From IMG/VR virus record IMGVR_UViG_3300032304_002086, positions 1-40,989 of that record: DNA of 40,989 nt; one strand, given 5' to 3'. A program made the translations under genes and the position numbers. Source of the DNA: a virus. Lineage: Duplodnaviria > Caudoviricetes. Each line of letters starts with the position of its first letter. Positions within the stretch are counted from its first letter, which is position 1. Under the pieces are notes generated by a model that had not been told where the DNA came from, ran no database searches, and saw nothing but the letters and a program-made list of their open reading frames with translations. Shown piece by piece: positions 18,768-28,157 of the stretch.

Positions 18768-19271
18768 ATGAAAAAAGCGATTGTTACTTATCAGGGATAT
18801 GTACAAGATATTGTAGATCCCGGCGAAGATTTTGAAATCTATGAAGGGCCAGGAGCCACTATAGCTTGGGTAGACGCACCAGATAATATTCAACGAGAGT
18901 GGACACTTGAATGGAGTCCTGGCCAACAGAAAATGATATGGGTAGAAAGGGATGCTGCATATACCGATAGAAAGGTAGCTAGAAAGGTAGCCTATGGACA
19001 GATCGAACAACAATTGGATTTAATCTATCATGATATTAGACAAAATGGTGTTTTGAGCACTGACGGCGATTGGTTTAATCACATTGCTACAGTTAAGACC
19101 ATGATTGAGCGTCCACCTCCTGATCCAGACCCAGTAATATACACTGAGGAATATCTACAAGCACAGGCTCTCAATTCTGAGCCAAGCGAAGAAAAACCAT
19201 GCAGACCATCAACAGTTGAGATTCCTGCTTGGACTAGGTATCCAGGTTGGAAGGGATATAATTCGCAATAA
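18768..19271 (+). CDS. Putative tail-fibre assembly/chaperone-like protein (167 aa)
   Basis: RKVAYGQIEQQLDLIYHDI...W..HI..VK motif typical of small proteins following phage fibre genes; position directly after the adhesin-like trio. Confidence 0.5.
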   Translation: MKKAIVTYQGYVQDIVDPGEDFEIYEGPGATIAWVDAPDNIQREWTLEWSPGQQKMIWVERDAAYTDRKVARKVAYGQIEQQLDLIYHDIRQNGVLSTDGDWFNHIATVKTMIERPPPDPDPVIYTEEYLQAQALNSEPSEEKPCRPSTVEIPAWTRYPGWKGYNSQ

Positions 19272-19291
19272 CATTTATAGACTCACCCAAC

Positions 19292-19320
19292 ACACCCTAG
19301 AATTTCTAGGGTGTTTTTTT
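19292..19320 (+). terminator. Rho-independent terminator ending the structural operon
   Basis: Perfect 10-bp stem ACACCCTAGA / loop ATT / TCTAGGGTGT followed by a T run. Confidence 0.85.
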
Positions 19321-19325
19321 ATCTC

Positions 19326-19333
19326 AATAAATA
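19326..19333 (+). promoter_or_regulatory. Putative late promoter AATAAATA, probably giving a near-leaderless transcript
   Basis: Just after the terminator and 4 nt before the ATG at 19338; no Shine-Dalgarno. Confidence 0.5.
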
Positions 19334-19337
19334 CTGC

Positions 19338-19931
19338 ATGATAAACTATTGGTTCCCAACCGGTATATATCACTCGATATATCCCGAACATGCTGATTTA
19401 AAAAAAGAATTATTGAAAATATTACCTAGCTCTCTGCCAACTACAGAAGGAGAGCAAGTTGATGGTTGGCCTTTTTGGACCAAACAAAACAAAATAGGAG
19501 TCATAAATCCGTTGGCAAGCTCTAGTCCGGAAGTAGATATATTTTCTAATTGGGTTGTTGATCAAGTCACAGAATTTTCAAAACATTATAACAGCACAGC
19601 ATCCTACAAAATTGAGCAATGTTGGGCTAACATTTATCAAAAAGGTGATTTTCAAGAACCGCACATACATCCGACGTTTGATTTCAGTGCGGTGTATTTC
19701 ATATCAATACCACCCAACAGTGGTAAATTAATTTTTGAAAACAGTCTTGCTACGTCTGATATGCGTCCAATAAAAACCAGTCAAGAAACAGAATTAAATA
19801 GTACCAGGGCAGTGTATGCGCCAATTGAAGGGCAGCTTGTAGTTTTTCGCAGCAACCTACGACATGCAGTACTTCCCCATAATAACACTGAGCCAAGAAT
19901 CAGTCTTGCTTTTAATCTAATTGAACAATAA
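19338..19931 (+). CDS. Fe(II)/2OG-dependent oxygenase, TIGR02466/2OG-FeII_Oxy_5-like
   Basis: WANIY...HIHP...SAVYF...SGKLIF...LRHAV...RISLAFN; start moved to ATG 19338 because the GTG at 19311 lies inside the terminator. Confidence 0.8.
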   Translation: MINYWFPTGIYHSIYPEHADLKKELLKILPSSLPTTEGEQVDGWPFWTKQNKIGVINPLASSSPEVDIFSNWVVDQVTEFSKHYNSTASYKIEQCWANIYQKGDFQEPHIHPTFDFSAVYFISIPPNSGKLIFENSLATSDMRPIKTSQETELNSTRAVYAPIEGQLVVFRSNLRHAVLPHNNTEPRISLAFNLIEQ

Positions 19932-20790
19932 TAACTTAATTTCTTTTAAAGATATATCAGAGTTGTTTAATCCCAAACAATGGGACATCGGATATCTTTC
20001 AGCCGAACGATTATTACAGTGCTCGTTGTCGCCAGTAAAAGTAGCCAGTCATCCTTACGGAAATAATTTTACAAATAGTATTCATTTTCAAGGATTAACT
20101 AATGCAGTGGTTTTAATCCGTGATGGGCATCACTGGGACTATACACACTACGACGAGTCAGTTAACATTTTAAAGAACAGCAACTTTAAAAATTGGTTTT
20201 CAATTTATACTAATTTTAAAGATGCTGCAATATTATCAGGAATTGGTGTACGAGCTAGAAACTCGTTGATATATAATTATAAGTTTGGATTTGATTGCCA
20301 TATAACAGTTATTGGGTTTAGAGAAGAAATTATAGACATTCCTGCAAATACAAGAATTAATTATAAACTCTGGACTAGATGCAAAGACTGTGATGATTGC
20401 ATCAAGGCATGTCCAGTGGGTGCAATTCACGGAACAGAAGAACCATATTGGTTGAATTCAATGGACTGTGATAATTTCATTGGATCATCTGATCATCCCA
20501 CTATTCCTTCTATTAAGAAATTTTGGCATGAAAACGTACATCCAGAGTTTCCAAAAGAAAAATTAGACACCATCAAAACTATGTTTCAGGTCAAGGACAC
20601 ATTCGGTGGTCCGTATCCCTACGATGCAAACGGGTTTACTTATGATGGACAAGTGGTAAGAAAAGACGGTGAAGCAGTAAACATTCCGTTTTGCAGAGAA
20701 TGTACCTCTCAACCTAGATGCAGTAAATGGAGTGGGAAGTATCCTTATGAGCAATACAGAACCCCGGTAATTCCTATCAAAGCAATATAA
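19921..20790 (+). CDS. QueG/reductive-dehalogenase-like 2x[4Fe-4S] protein (289 aa)
   Basis: KDAAILSGIGVRARNSL..FG segment as in QueG/RdhA; CKDCDDCIKACP, then MDCDN and CRECTSQPRC (8 Cys); TTG start uncertain. Confidence 0.6.
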   Translation: MNNNNLISFKDISELFNPKQWDIGYLSAERLLQCSLSPVKVASHPYGNNFTNSIHFQGLTNAVVLIRDGHHWDYTHYDESVNILKNSNFKNWFSIYTNFKDAAILSGIGVRARNSLIYNYKFGFDCHITVIGFREEIIDIPANTRINYKLWTRCKDCDDCIKACPVGAIHGTEEPYWLNSMDCDNFIGSSDHPTIPSIKKFWHENVHPEFPKEKLDTIKTMFQVKDTFGGPYPYDANGFTYDGQVVRKDGEAVNIPFCRECTSQPRCSKWSGKYPYEQYRTPVIPIKAI

Positions 20791-20825
20791 AATTATCACA
20801 ATAGCGGATCCGTTACTTTTACATC

Positions 20826-20833
20826 TATAAATA
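20826..20833 (+). promoter_or_regulatory. T4-type late promoter TATAAATA
   Basis: Exact consensus, fully intergenic, upstream of an AAGGA RBS and the halogenase ATG at 20854. Confidence 0.65.
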
Positions 20834-20853
20834 ACTCACACAAGGAATACACA

Positions 20854-22461
20854 ATGAACGTTAAAACAGTTACAATTGTCGGAGGCGGAAGCTCTGGTTG
20901 GATGACCGCCGCTGCTTTATCCAAGCTATGCCCCTTCTTAAAAATCACACTCATTGAATCTCAAAAAATAAAAACTGTGGGTGTTGGCGAAAGTACTCTA
21001 GGACACATTAATAAGTTTTTACACATGCTAGATTTGAAAGATGAGGATTGGATGGCAGCGTGTAATGCTACATATAAAAATTCCATTCGATTTACTAATT
21101 TTAGAGAAGGCAAGGGTGAATCATTTGAGTATCCGTTTGCTCCTGGATTTGATCTCACAGACAAGCCTAATGGTCTAGCTTCTTGGGGCGAGCTTGCAGC
21201 AGTATTTCCTGACGAATTTGGACCCGAATCCTTTGCAGAGTTTTTCTGCACAGGAAATACCATGTTGGCCAAATATAATAAACAGTCGAAGAATGAGCAA
21301 GGAGCATTGAGAAATTTCAACTTCAAATACGACACTGCATATCACATGGATGCTGCACTATTTGGAAACTACTTGCGAGATAAAATAGCATTACCCAATG
21401 GTGTTACACATTTACGCGGTGATGTACACAGTTATAAAAAAAACAAGTCGGGAGATATCGTTCAGATATTAACTGAAACCGGCGAAGAGCTTCAAGCAGA
21501 TTTATGGATAGACTGTACTGGATTCAAATCTATTTTATTAGAAAACTGGATGGGCTCACAGTTTGTGCCATTCAAAGACAGTCTTGCCAACGACATGGCT
21601 TGGGCATGTCGTTTACCATACATTGACAGAGAACGCGAAATGCACAATGTCACTGACTGTCATGCATTGAACAACGGCTGGGTGTGGAATATTCCATTGT
21701 GGAATAGAATCGGCACAGGCTATGTATTTTCAACAAGATTCGTAACCCCGGAAGATGCGCAAAAAGAATTTCGTGCTCACCTGGCTGTAAAACACAGTCC
21801 CGAAATTGCAGAACAAGCAGAAATGTTTCCTGTAAATATTTCACATGGAAAGCGTCGACGAGCTTGGCTAGGAAACGTAGTAGGCATAGGGTTGAGTTAT
21901 GGATTTGTTGAACCATTAGAATCTACCGGACTGCTTACCACACATGAAAATATTTTAAAGCTGGTAGAAACTTTGACTCGAAGAAATGGGTATGTTTCTA
22001 GAATCGAAAAAGATGGGTTTAATCTAGCTGTTGATAGAGAAGTTACTACATTTAAAGATTTCGTTGCTATGCACTATGCGTTTAGCATGCGAACAGACAC
22101 TCCATACTGGCGTTGGTGTACACAAATAAATGAATATGCACCAGACATGATGAATGATTTTATGGCCACCCATGGCGGCTTTGCTAACTTCATAGGAAAT
22201 GTTACAAGTAATCAAATATATCCTGCCGACATGCAAGGAGCTATGTACATTGCAGCAGGACAAGGTATTAGGCCCGAATCTCTTAAATCGATGGTGTACT
22301 ACAAAGATTGGACTGGTCTAAAGACTCAAGAATTAAATGTAACACGGCGCAATTACGAACAATATAAAGACTATGTGATCGAATATGTTAAAAATTGCCC
22401 ATCACACTACGAATTTTTAAAACAAAATATATATGGCGGTGTTGATGAGCATTCTGTGTAA
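20854..22461 (+). CDS. Flavin-dependent halogenase, tryptophan halogenase (PrnA-like) family (535 aa)
   Basis: GGGSSG FAD motif, GVGEST, catalytic-Lys region ATYKNSIRF, DCTGF, WVWNIP, FVEPLESTG. Confidence 0.88.
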   Translation: MNVKTVTIVGGGSSGWMTAAALSKLCPFLKITLIESQKIKTVGVGESTLGHINKFLHMLDLKDEDWMAACNATYKNSIRFTNFREGKGESFEYPFAPGFDLTDKPNGLASWGELAAVFPDEFGPESFAEFFCTGNTMLAKYNKQSKNEQGALRNFNFKYDTAYHMDAALFGNYLRDKIALPNGVTHLRGDVHSYKKNKSGDIVQILTETGEELQADLWIDCTGFKSILLENWMGSQFVPFKDSLANDMAWACRLPYIDREREMHNVTDCHALNNGWVWNIPLWNRIGTGYVFSTRFVTPEDAQKEFRAHLAVKHSPEIAEQAEMFPVNISHGKRRRAWLGNVVGIGLSYGFVEPLESTGLLTTHENILKLVETLTRRNGYVSRIEKDGFNLAVDREVTTFKDFVAMHYAFSMRTDTPYWRWCTQINEYAPDMMNDFMATHGGFANFIGNVTSNQIYPADMQGAMYIAAGQGIRPESLKSMVYYKDWTGLKTQELNVTRRNYEQYKDYVIEYVKNCPSHYEFLKQNIYGGVDEHSV

Positions 22462-23245
22462 GAAATTATTTGGAAAAATCTGGAAAAAGAAGCCCTGGGT
22501 AAGATTTTACTCTATGGAACCAGGAGTCACAACACTATTTCCTATATATCCGTCCAAGCAATTGAATCGAAAATATAGAACTTGGCCAGAAGAACCAAAC
22601 GTGATGTCGACTAAATCTTGTCCTGGCATATTAAAACTTACATCAACCGGCTGGATAATTCCAGCACCTGCCGACTTTATAATAAAAGTAGATGATAATG
22701 GCATATCTTACGATTGGCGAGAACCTTGGAGATTCAAAACAGGTCCCGAATATCCGCCCGACGTAGCACGTTATGTGTCTGCGGTACACGGTCCAAATCA
22801 AACCATGTGTTTATTAGACGACCCGTCGGAGGTGTTGAGTTGTATTGTAAAAATAGAAACACCGTGGAGAGTAGAAGCATCTGACGATATTGTGTTTGTT
22901 ATGATGCCAGTACACTATAATAACGAAGACCGATTCTTTTCAGCTACTGGAATTTTAGACAGTAGGTATGGTTACAATTTAAATATTCAATTATTCTGGA
23001 AGAAAACACACGGCGAAACATTGGTAAGAGCAGGAACACCACTGTGTCATATTATTCCAATGAAAAGAGAGTATCTATCAACAAGTGCATACGACACAGT
23101 CATTGATGAAGCTGATGCCACAGATTGGGTCAGAGAAAGGGCATGGGTGTATGCTTCTAATTGCGCCATAATGCAGACCGACTCGTTGTCTGCAAGATTA
23201 AATAGACTGTCTAAAATTTTAAAAAATTACACAAAAAGGAAATAA
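22445..23245 (+). CDS. Hypothetical protein, DUF6065-like
   Basis: KSCPGI...GWIIP...KIETPW...AGTPLCHIIP motifs seen in aquatic-phage oxygenase clusters; start could be 22433 or 22445. Confidence 0.45.
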   Translation: MSILCKKLFGKIWKKKPWVRFYSMEPGVTTLFPIYPSKQLNRKYRTWPEEPNVMSTKSCPGILKLTSTGWIIPAPADFIIKVDDNGISYDWREPWRFKTGPEYPPDVARYVSAVHGPNQTMCLLDDPSEVLSCIVKIETPWRVEASDDIVFVMMPVHYNNEDRFFSATGILDSRYGYNLNIQLFWKKTHGETLVRAGTPLCHIIPMKREYLSTSAYDTVIDEADATDWVRERAWVYASNCAIMQTDSLSARLNRLSKILKNYTKRK

Positions 23246-23248
23246 ATT

Positions 23249-23488
23249 ATGTCACTAAAACAATCATTACTGGATAAAATTGCTGCGGTTGAAATCGAAC
23301 ACGCAAAATTTCAAAAAGAATTGCAAGATCTAGAAGTAGATTTCGCCAATGTTAAACTGAACCCTTATGGAATTACTGCTATTGATTTTTCTAAAAGACA
23401 AGAATTGTCAAGCGATGTATTAAAAATGGAAGGCTGCTTGATGGGATTGCAACTAGCAGTTGAACTGTGCGATGCACCAACCGCCTAA
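23249..23488 (+). CDS. Small helical/coiled-coil hypothetical protein (79 aa)
   Basis: AAGGA RBS; heptad-like L/I pattern. Confidence 0.65.
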   Translation: MSLKQSLLDKIAAVEIEHAKFQKELQDLEVDFANVKLNPYGITAIDFSKRQELSSDVLKMEGCLMGLQLAVELCDAPTA

Positions 23489-24068
23489 CCAATTATCCTA
23501 CGGCTCGATAAATTTATTTCAACCAGTCCTATGGAAATATCAATATTCGTTTGATTGGAATTTGCTCGAAACTAAAGTAAATTATTTGTTTTCGCAAATA
23601 AAAACAAATAGTCTGCTAGAAAAAAATGCTGCATGGTCAACAGTTAGTTGTGATAGAGATATGCAACCTCATCATTGGCCTGAATTTCAACATTTTATTG
23701 ATTGGCTTGATATCATTATCCGCGGTATCGCTAAAGATCTAAACTTTCAATTTGCAGATTATAAAATTACTAACTCGTGGATTAACCTTCACAAAGAGCT
23801 AGGCGAAACCATTGAGCATAACCACAATAATTCTACTTTTGTAGTTTCAGCATATCTAAATTGTCCATCTAATTCAGGAAACATAGTTTTTAAAGATCCT
23901 TTAGAATATCATAAATCGGCTTGGCCTATCTTTCCCGAACAACATCTTTACCAAGAAGTTCCTGTAACTACAAATGATGTATTAATTTTCCCCGGATATT
24001 TAAAACATTATGTACAACCTAATTTAAGTTCAGAAGATAGATACGTGATAACATTTAACATACAATGA
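23472..24068 (+). CDS. Fe(II)/2OG-dependent oxygenase, 2OG-FeII_Oxy_5-like
   Basis: SWINLH...HNH...SAYL...SGNIVFKDP...FPGYLKHYV...RYVITFN; ATG 23472 is in frame with the track ORF. Confidence 0.8.
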   Translation: MHQPPNQLSYGSINLFQPVLWKYQYSFDWNLLETKVNYLFSQIKTNSLLEKNAAWSTVSCDRDMQPHHWPEFQHFIDWLDIIIRGIAKDLNFQFADYKITNSWINLHKELGETIEHNHNNSTFVVSAYLNCPSNSGNIVFKDPLEYHKSAWPIFPEQHLYQEVPVTTNDVLIFPGYLKHYVQPNLSSEDRYVITFNIQ

Positions 24069-24868
24069 TAAATTTTAAAAGATGTGATCCAGATGCCAAT
24101 AGTTTTAATCAAACTATAAAATATAAACCGATAAAGGACTGGAAATTTGAATTTGTAGAACTAGACTATAAAGTTGGTTATTGGATTGTTGACGATCCGT
24201 TTCTTGATGATGGGTTTGAATTATTTAAAAATATTATAAATTGTTTCCCTATACAGAAAAGCAACAGTTTAGCTAGCTCAACGCAACCTAATCCATTTGA
24301 TACTGTGCATGTTCCTGAATGGGTCCACAAAGATCTTTGTCTATTGGTAAGAGATTTTTATCTACAACAAGTTGACACTCCGGTATTTGAACCTCAAGCG
24401 CACGAATGGGGAAACGTATATTATAAATCTTCTATTAACCCCATTAGTTGCTGGCGAATTCCTCATATGGATTACGAGCACGGAATGGTAGCCAATTTAT
24501 GGTTCACTGATCACGAACTGCAAGACAGTTGCACAAAAATTTATAAGTATCATGGAGAGGTAAAAGATTTAATATACGACTTTCAAATTGATCCAACACA
24601 TAAAATGCACGAAGAATGGCGGGCGATGGCAGAAATTCCTACAAAAAATACAGGATGGTTTAACTCGCCAGATATTGAATTAGCTAGATGGGGGTTTGAA
24701 TATCTAGGAAGCGTTCCTACTAAAGAAAAGACATTATCAATGTATCAAGCTAACACATGTCATACTCCGTTTATTTCGCCTAATGTCGATTTTAGATGGA
24801 GTCATGCATTTGCCTTTTCTCATTTAGTAAGTAATAATTTAAATTTACGGGATTATTTTAGAATATGA
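24065..24868 (+). CDS. Divergent Fe(II)/2OG oxygenase-like protein (DUF6445-like)
   Basis: IVDDPF, IPHMD, VANLWF, CHTPF, RWS: HxD...H...R pattern; ATGA overlap with the upstream gene. Confidence 0.55.
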   Translation: MINFKRCDPDANSFNQTIKYKPIKDWKFEFVELDYKVGYWIVDDPFLDDGFELFKNIINCFPIQKSNSLASSTQPNPFDTVHVPEWVHKDLCLLVRDFYLQQVDTPVFEPQAHEWGNVYYKSSINPISCWRIPHMDYEHGMVANLWFTDHELQDSCTKIYKYHGEVKDLIYDFQIDPTHKMHEEWRAMAEIPTKNTGWFNSPDIELARWGFEYLGSVPTKEKTLSMYQANTCHTPFISPNVDFRWSHAFAFSHLVSNNLNLRDYFRI

Positions 24869-25494
24869 GATATGAATTATATTTTCCTACGCCAATTTGG
24901 TGGGAGGATACTGATGATATTGCAATCGAGCCGATATCAAAGTTATGTTACAGATTACGCGATAATGATCCTATTGGCAGAACCTTGAGTAATCAAGGAG
25001 GATGGCAATCACAAGACTTTGATCCATGTGCCTATCCAGAACTATCAGATCTACATAAAAAAATATTAAATCAGGCACAAAATTGTGTTCGAGATTACGG
25101 GTACGACGAAGATGAGTGTATTCTAAGCGTTGGAAACATGTGGGTAAACATCAACGGAGAACATCATACCAACTCTGTCCACATTCACGATAACGCATTT
25201 GTATCCGGTGTTTTTTATGTAAAGGCCGAACTAGGACAAGGCCCTATTAATTTTTATAAATCACATTCACAAGATTATATTGTAGCATCGCAGGCGCAAA
25301 TAAAACACTATACACCGATCAGTGCATCGGCTATGTCATTTCAACCAAAGATAGGAAAATTAATCATGTTTCCCGGATATCTGCCACACGGTGTTGAAAG
25401 AAACGGAACAACTGATGAGAGAATCTCTATCTCGTTTAATGTAAAACTTATGAGGAAAATAGATGGACTTTATTGGTCAAAAAATTCTAAGTGA
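24865..25494 (+). CDS. Fe(II)/2OG-dependent oxygenase, TIGR02466-like
   Basis: FPTPIW, SNQGGWQS, WVNIN...HIH...SGVFYV, FPGYLPHGV, RISISFN. Confidence 0.85.
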   Translation: MRYELYFPTPIWWEDTDDIAIEPISKLCYRLRDNDPIGRTLSNQGGWQSQDFDPCAYPELSDLHKKILNQAQNCVRDYGYDEDECILSVGNMWVNINGEHHTNSVHIHDNAFVSGVFYVKAELGQGPINFYKSHSQDYIVASQAQIKHYTPISASAMSFQPKIGKLIMFPGYLPHGVERNGTTDERISISFNVKLMRKIDGLYWSKNSK

Positions 25495-26197
25495 AACTGA
25501 GTTACTAAAGAATGACAATCCGCATTTCTTTAAGAACTTTATTTCAAATTTTAATTCTATTGCATCGTGGGCTGACATAGAAAGTTGCCTAAATCGTCCC
25601 GAAATTTTTAATTTTGAATTAATTGATAAAGATTCAAATATGAAAATAGATATACCTCAAGCCAATAAAACATGGGTATGGGATCATCCAGTTCAAGATA
25701 AAGGGTTTCTATTTGACAAAATTAATCGCGGTCACGGACTGGTAATAATGAACTACGCCTCATATAGCGAAACAACCAATAAGTTAGTTCAAACCTTTGA
25801 AAGATTATTTGATGTAAATGCTGCATTACATGTGTATTGTGGGTTAGAAGGTGCTGGATCTTTTCCAATTCATGATGATTATCCTGTGAATTTTATTATA
25901 CAAATTGAAGGAAAAACTAGATGGAAAGTATTTCATAATAGAATCTCTAATCTTTATCAAATTGGAACATTAAATAATCAACGATACGATAAAACAATCA
26001 ATGAAAGTGACTTACAAGTAGCAATAGATGTTGAACTTGAGCCCGGGGACGCATTGTATATCCCTTCGAGGTGTTATCATGTAGCTTACCCTACCGCCAA
26101 AAGAATAAGTGTTAGTATACCCTGTTGGATAAAATACCCCAGCGATCCACCAAACAAAAGCTCAGATAGAAATTGGTATAGTATAGGAAAACAATGA
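25463..26197 (+). CDS. JmjC/Cupin_4 (YcfD/ROX-like) protein hydroxylase
   Basis: SFPIHDD..NFIIQIEGKTRW...LEPGDALYIP..CYHVA. Confidence 0.8.
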   Translation: MDFIGQKILSETELLKNDNPHFFKNFISNFNSIASWADIESCLNRPEIFNFELIDKDSNMKIDIPQANKTWVWDHPVQDKGFLFDKINRGHGLVIMNYASYSETTNKLVQTFERLFDVNAALHVYCGLEGAGSFPIHDDYPVNFIIQIEGKTRWKVFHNRISNLYQIGTLNNQRYDKTINESDLQVAIDVELEPGDALYIPSRCYHVAYPTAKRISVSIPCWIKYPSDPPNKSSDRNWYSIGKQ

Positions 26198-26853
26198 TGC
26201 ATATAATTCCTCTAACAGTTGTAGATAATTTTTTTGATGATCCCGACGCTGTGCGGGAGTTTGCACTAGCTCAAGAATTTTTACCAGACCCTACCGGACA
26301 TTGGCCCGGAACCAGAACGAAATCACTACACCTAATAGACAACGATATTTTTGACATTTTTGCAAAAAAGTATTTTTCTTTATTTTTTGCTGTTGAGAAA
26401 CTAGGATGGACTGTTGATGCACGATTTCAAAAGATTGGAAAACAATATGGTAAAGGCTGGGCACATAACGATATCGGAGTGATAATTACAGGGATAGTAT
26501 ATTTGAATCCAGCTCCCGCACCAAATAGTGGGACGGTGTTGCTAGATAAAAGATCTCTTCGGTCTAACTCGAGATTAAATGATAAGCAGACAGAAAAAAC
26601 AAATTTTTATAAAAATTTAGCATCCGAGGAAGATGTTGAGTTATCTAGGCAGCGTAATAATAATGAATTTAATGACAGCGTGATCATAAATGCAAAATAC
26701 AATAGGATGGTAACTTTTGATTCCCACATCATTCATTCCGCCCAAGACTATCACGGAGAAAATGATCAAGAAAGGCTCACTTTAGTTTTTTTTGTAAATG
26801 ATGTAAGCACAGCCAACACACCAATTTATCGAAGTCGCTGTCACATACTATAA
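26194..26853 (+). CDS. Fe(II)/2OG oxygenase, DUF6445-like
   Basis: VVDNFFDDPDAVREFAL, WPGTR, GWAHND, VYLNP...SGT, YNRMVTFD..IIH, RLTLVFF. Confidence 0.75.
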   Translation: MMHIIPLTVVDNFFDDPDAVREFALAQEFLPDPTGHWPGTRTKSLHLIDNDIFDIFAKKYFSLFFAVEKLGWTVDARFQKIGKQYGKGWAHNDIGVIITGIVYLNPAPAPNSGTVLLDKRSLRSNSRLNDKQTEKTNFYKNLASEEDVELSRQRNNNEFNDSVIINAKYNRMVTFDSHIIHSAQDYHGENDQERLTLVFFVNDVSTANTPIYRSRCHIL

Positions 26854-26881
26854 TAAGTAAGTTTGTAATTTAGGACAAATA

Positions 26882-27457
26882 ATGTTTAAACCTTTAGAAA
26901 TAGAAAATGTCGTAGATCAGAAGTATCAAAATGAAATATATAATCTAGTTACAGATATAGAATTTCCTTGGCACTTTATGGAAGATACAACCACGGAAAA
27001 AGCCACCGAAAAAACATCATCTACTCCTGCGTTTGGAAATTTAATCTATCATCCTGGGAACTCACAAAATCCTTATGCCGATTTTTTCAAACCACTAGTC
27101 AATGCCATAGTAGATCAAGCAAACATGGAATTGACTATGGTTCATAGAATAAGATTGGGTTTTCTACTTAATACAAAATATTCATTGGTAGGAAGTCCGT
27201 ATCAGCATAATGCAGTTCATAGAGATCTAGAGACACCGCACTGGACAGCAGTCTACTATCTAAACGACTGTGACGGATCAACAGTGATTTTTAGAGAAAC
27301 TGAAAAAGCCGAAAAATACTACCCACTACATAAAGCAGAACCAAAAAAAGGTAAAGTTGTAGTATTCGATGGTCTTCATTATCATGCAAGCACCTGCCCA
27401 AAAGTTTTTAATAAACGACTAGTATGTACAATAAATTTTTCAGCTGAATTAAAATGA
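26882..27457 (+). CDS. Fe(II)/2OG oxygenase
   Basis: FPWHF, HRD, AVYYLNDCDGST, PKKGKVVVFDGLHYHAS, RLVCTINF; AGGA RBS; AATAAGTA upstream. Confidence 0.8.
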   Translation: MFKPLEIENVVDQKYQNEIYNLVTDIEFPWHFMEDTTTEKATEKTSSTPAFGNLIYHPGNSQNPYADFFKPLVNAIVDQANMELTMVHRIRLGFLLNTKYSLVGSPYQHNAVHRDLETPHWTAVYYLNDCDGSTVIFRETEKAEKYYPLHKAEPKKGKVVVFDGLHYHASTCPKVFNKRLVCTINFSAELK

Positions 27458-28155
27458 AAGAAATTATAGAAAAATATCTACAAGAAGAAGTTAACAGTCG
27501 CACGATGATCAACCGGCTCGACTTAAAAAATAGACATCTGCATACGTATTTTCCAACCGTGGTGTTGGATAATTTTTACGAGTCTCCAGATCTAGTAAGG
27601 GCATGGGCATTACAACAAGAATTTTTTAAAGGTGAACGCGGAACTTGGCCCGGTCTGCGCACCGAGCTATTGCATAATTCCAATACAGAATTATACAATT
27701 TGGTGATTAGAAAAATCTTTCAAGTAGTAAAAGACTACGGAATTCAAGAAATATATGATATGCAAACCGGGTTTCAGCTCATTGACGAAACCTGGGGCAC
27801 CGGCTGGGTTCACGACGACGATCCAAAATTAAATATTGCAGGCCTGATTTACCTATCTCCAAATGCACCAACAGAATCAGGCACTACGCTTTATTCAGAT
27901 AGCACAGACTTCAACGGTGAAAAGTACACTAAGATTTTTATGGACGATGTATTTTCCGCCGAAGAAGACAGAAGTAAATTTGCCAAATATCGACTAGAGC
28001 AACGATCGCATTTTACTCCTACTATACGAATAGGAAATGTATATAATAGATGTATTATTTTTGATACTAGAAATTGGCATAGTGCAGACAATTTTTTTGG
28101 TAAGACTAAAGAAGACACTAGATTAACAAATGTATTCTTTTTTAAGGTAAGATAA
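27454..28155 (+). CDS. Fe(II)/2OG oxygenase, DUF6445-like
   Basis: VLDNFYESPD, WPGLR, GWVHDD, AGLIYLSP, YNRCIIFD..WHSA, RLTNVFF. Confidence 0.75.
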   Translation: MKEIIEKYLQEEVNSRTMINRLDLKNRHLHTYFPTVVLDNFYESPDLVRAWALQQEFFKGERGTWPGLRTELLHNSNTELYNLVIRKIFQVVKDYGIQEIYDMQTGFQLIDETWGTGWVHDDDPKLNIAGLIYLSPNAPTESGTTLYSDSTDFNGEKYTKIFMDDVFSAEEDRSKFAKYRLEQRSHFTPTIRIGNVYNRCIIFDTRNWHSADNFFGKTKEDTRLTNVFFFKVR

Positions 28156-28157
28156 TT

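Noticed and set aside
19311-19337. Track start at GTG 19311, and similar extended starts at 28595, 36348 and 40362
   Set aside because: They lie within a terminator or overlap neighbouring genes extensively; downstream in-frame ATGs fit promoter or ATGA-coupling patterns better
20803-20820. Short palindrome AGCGGATCCGTT before a T-rich stretch as a terminator
   Set aside because: Stem too short and loopless to support a confident call
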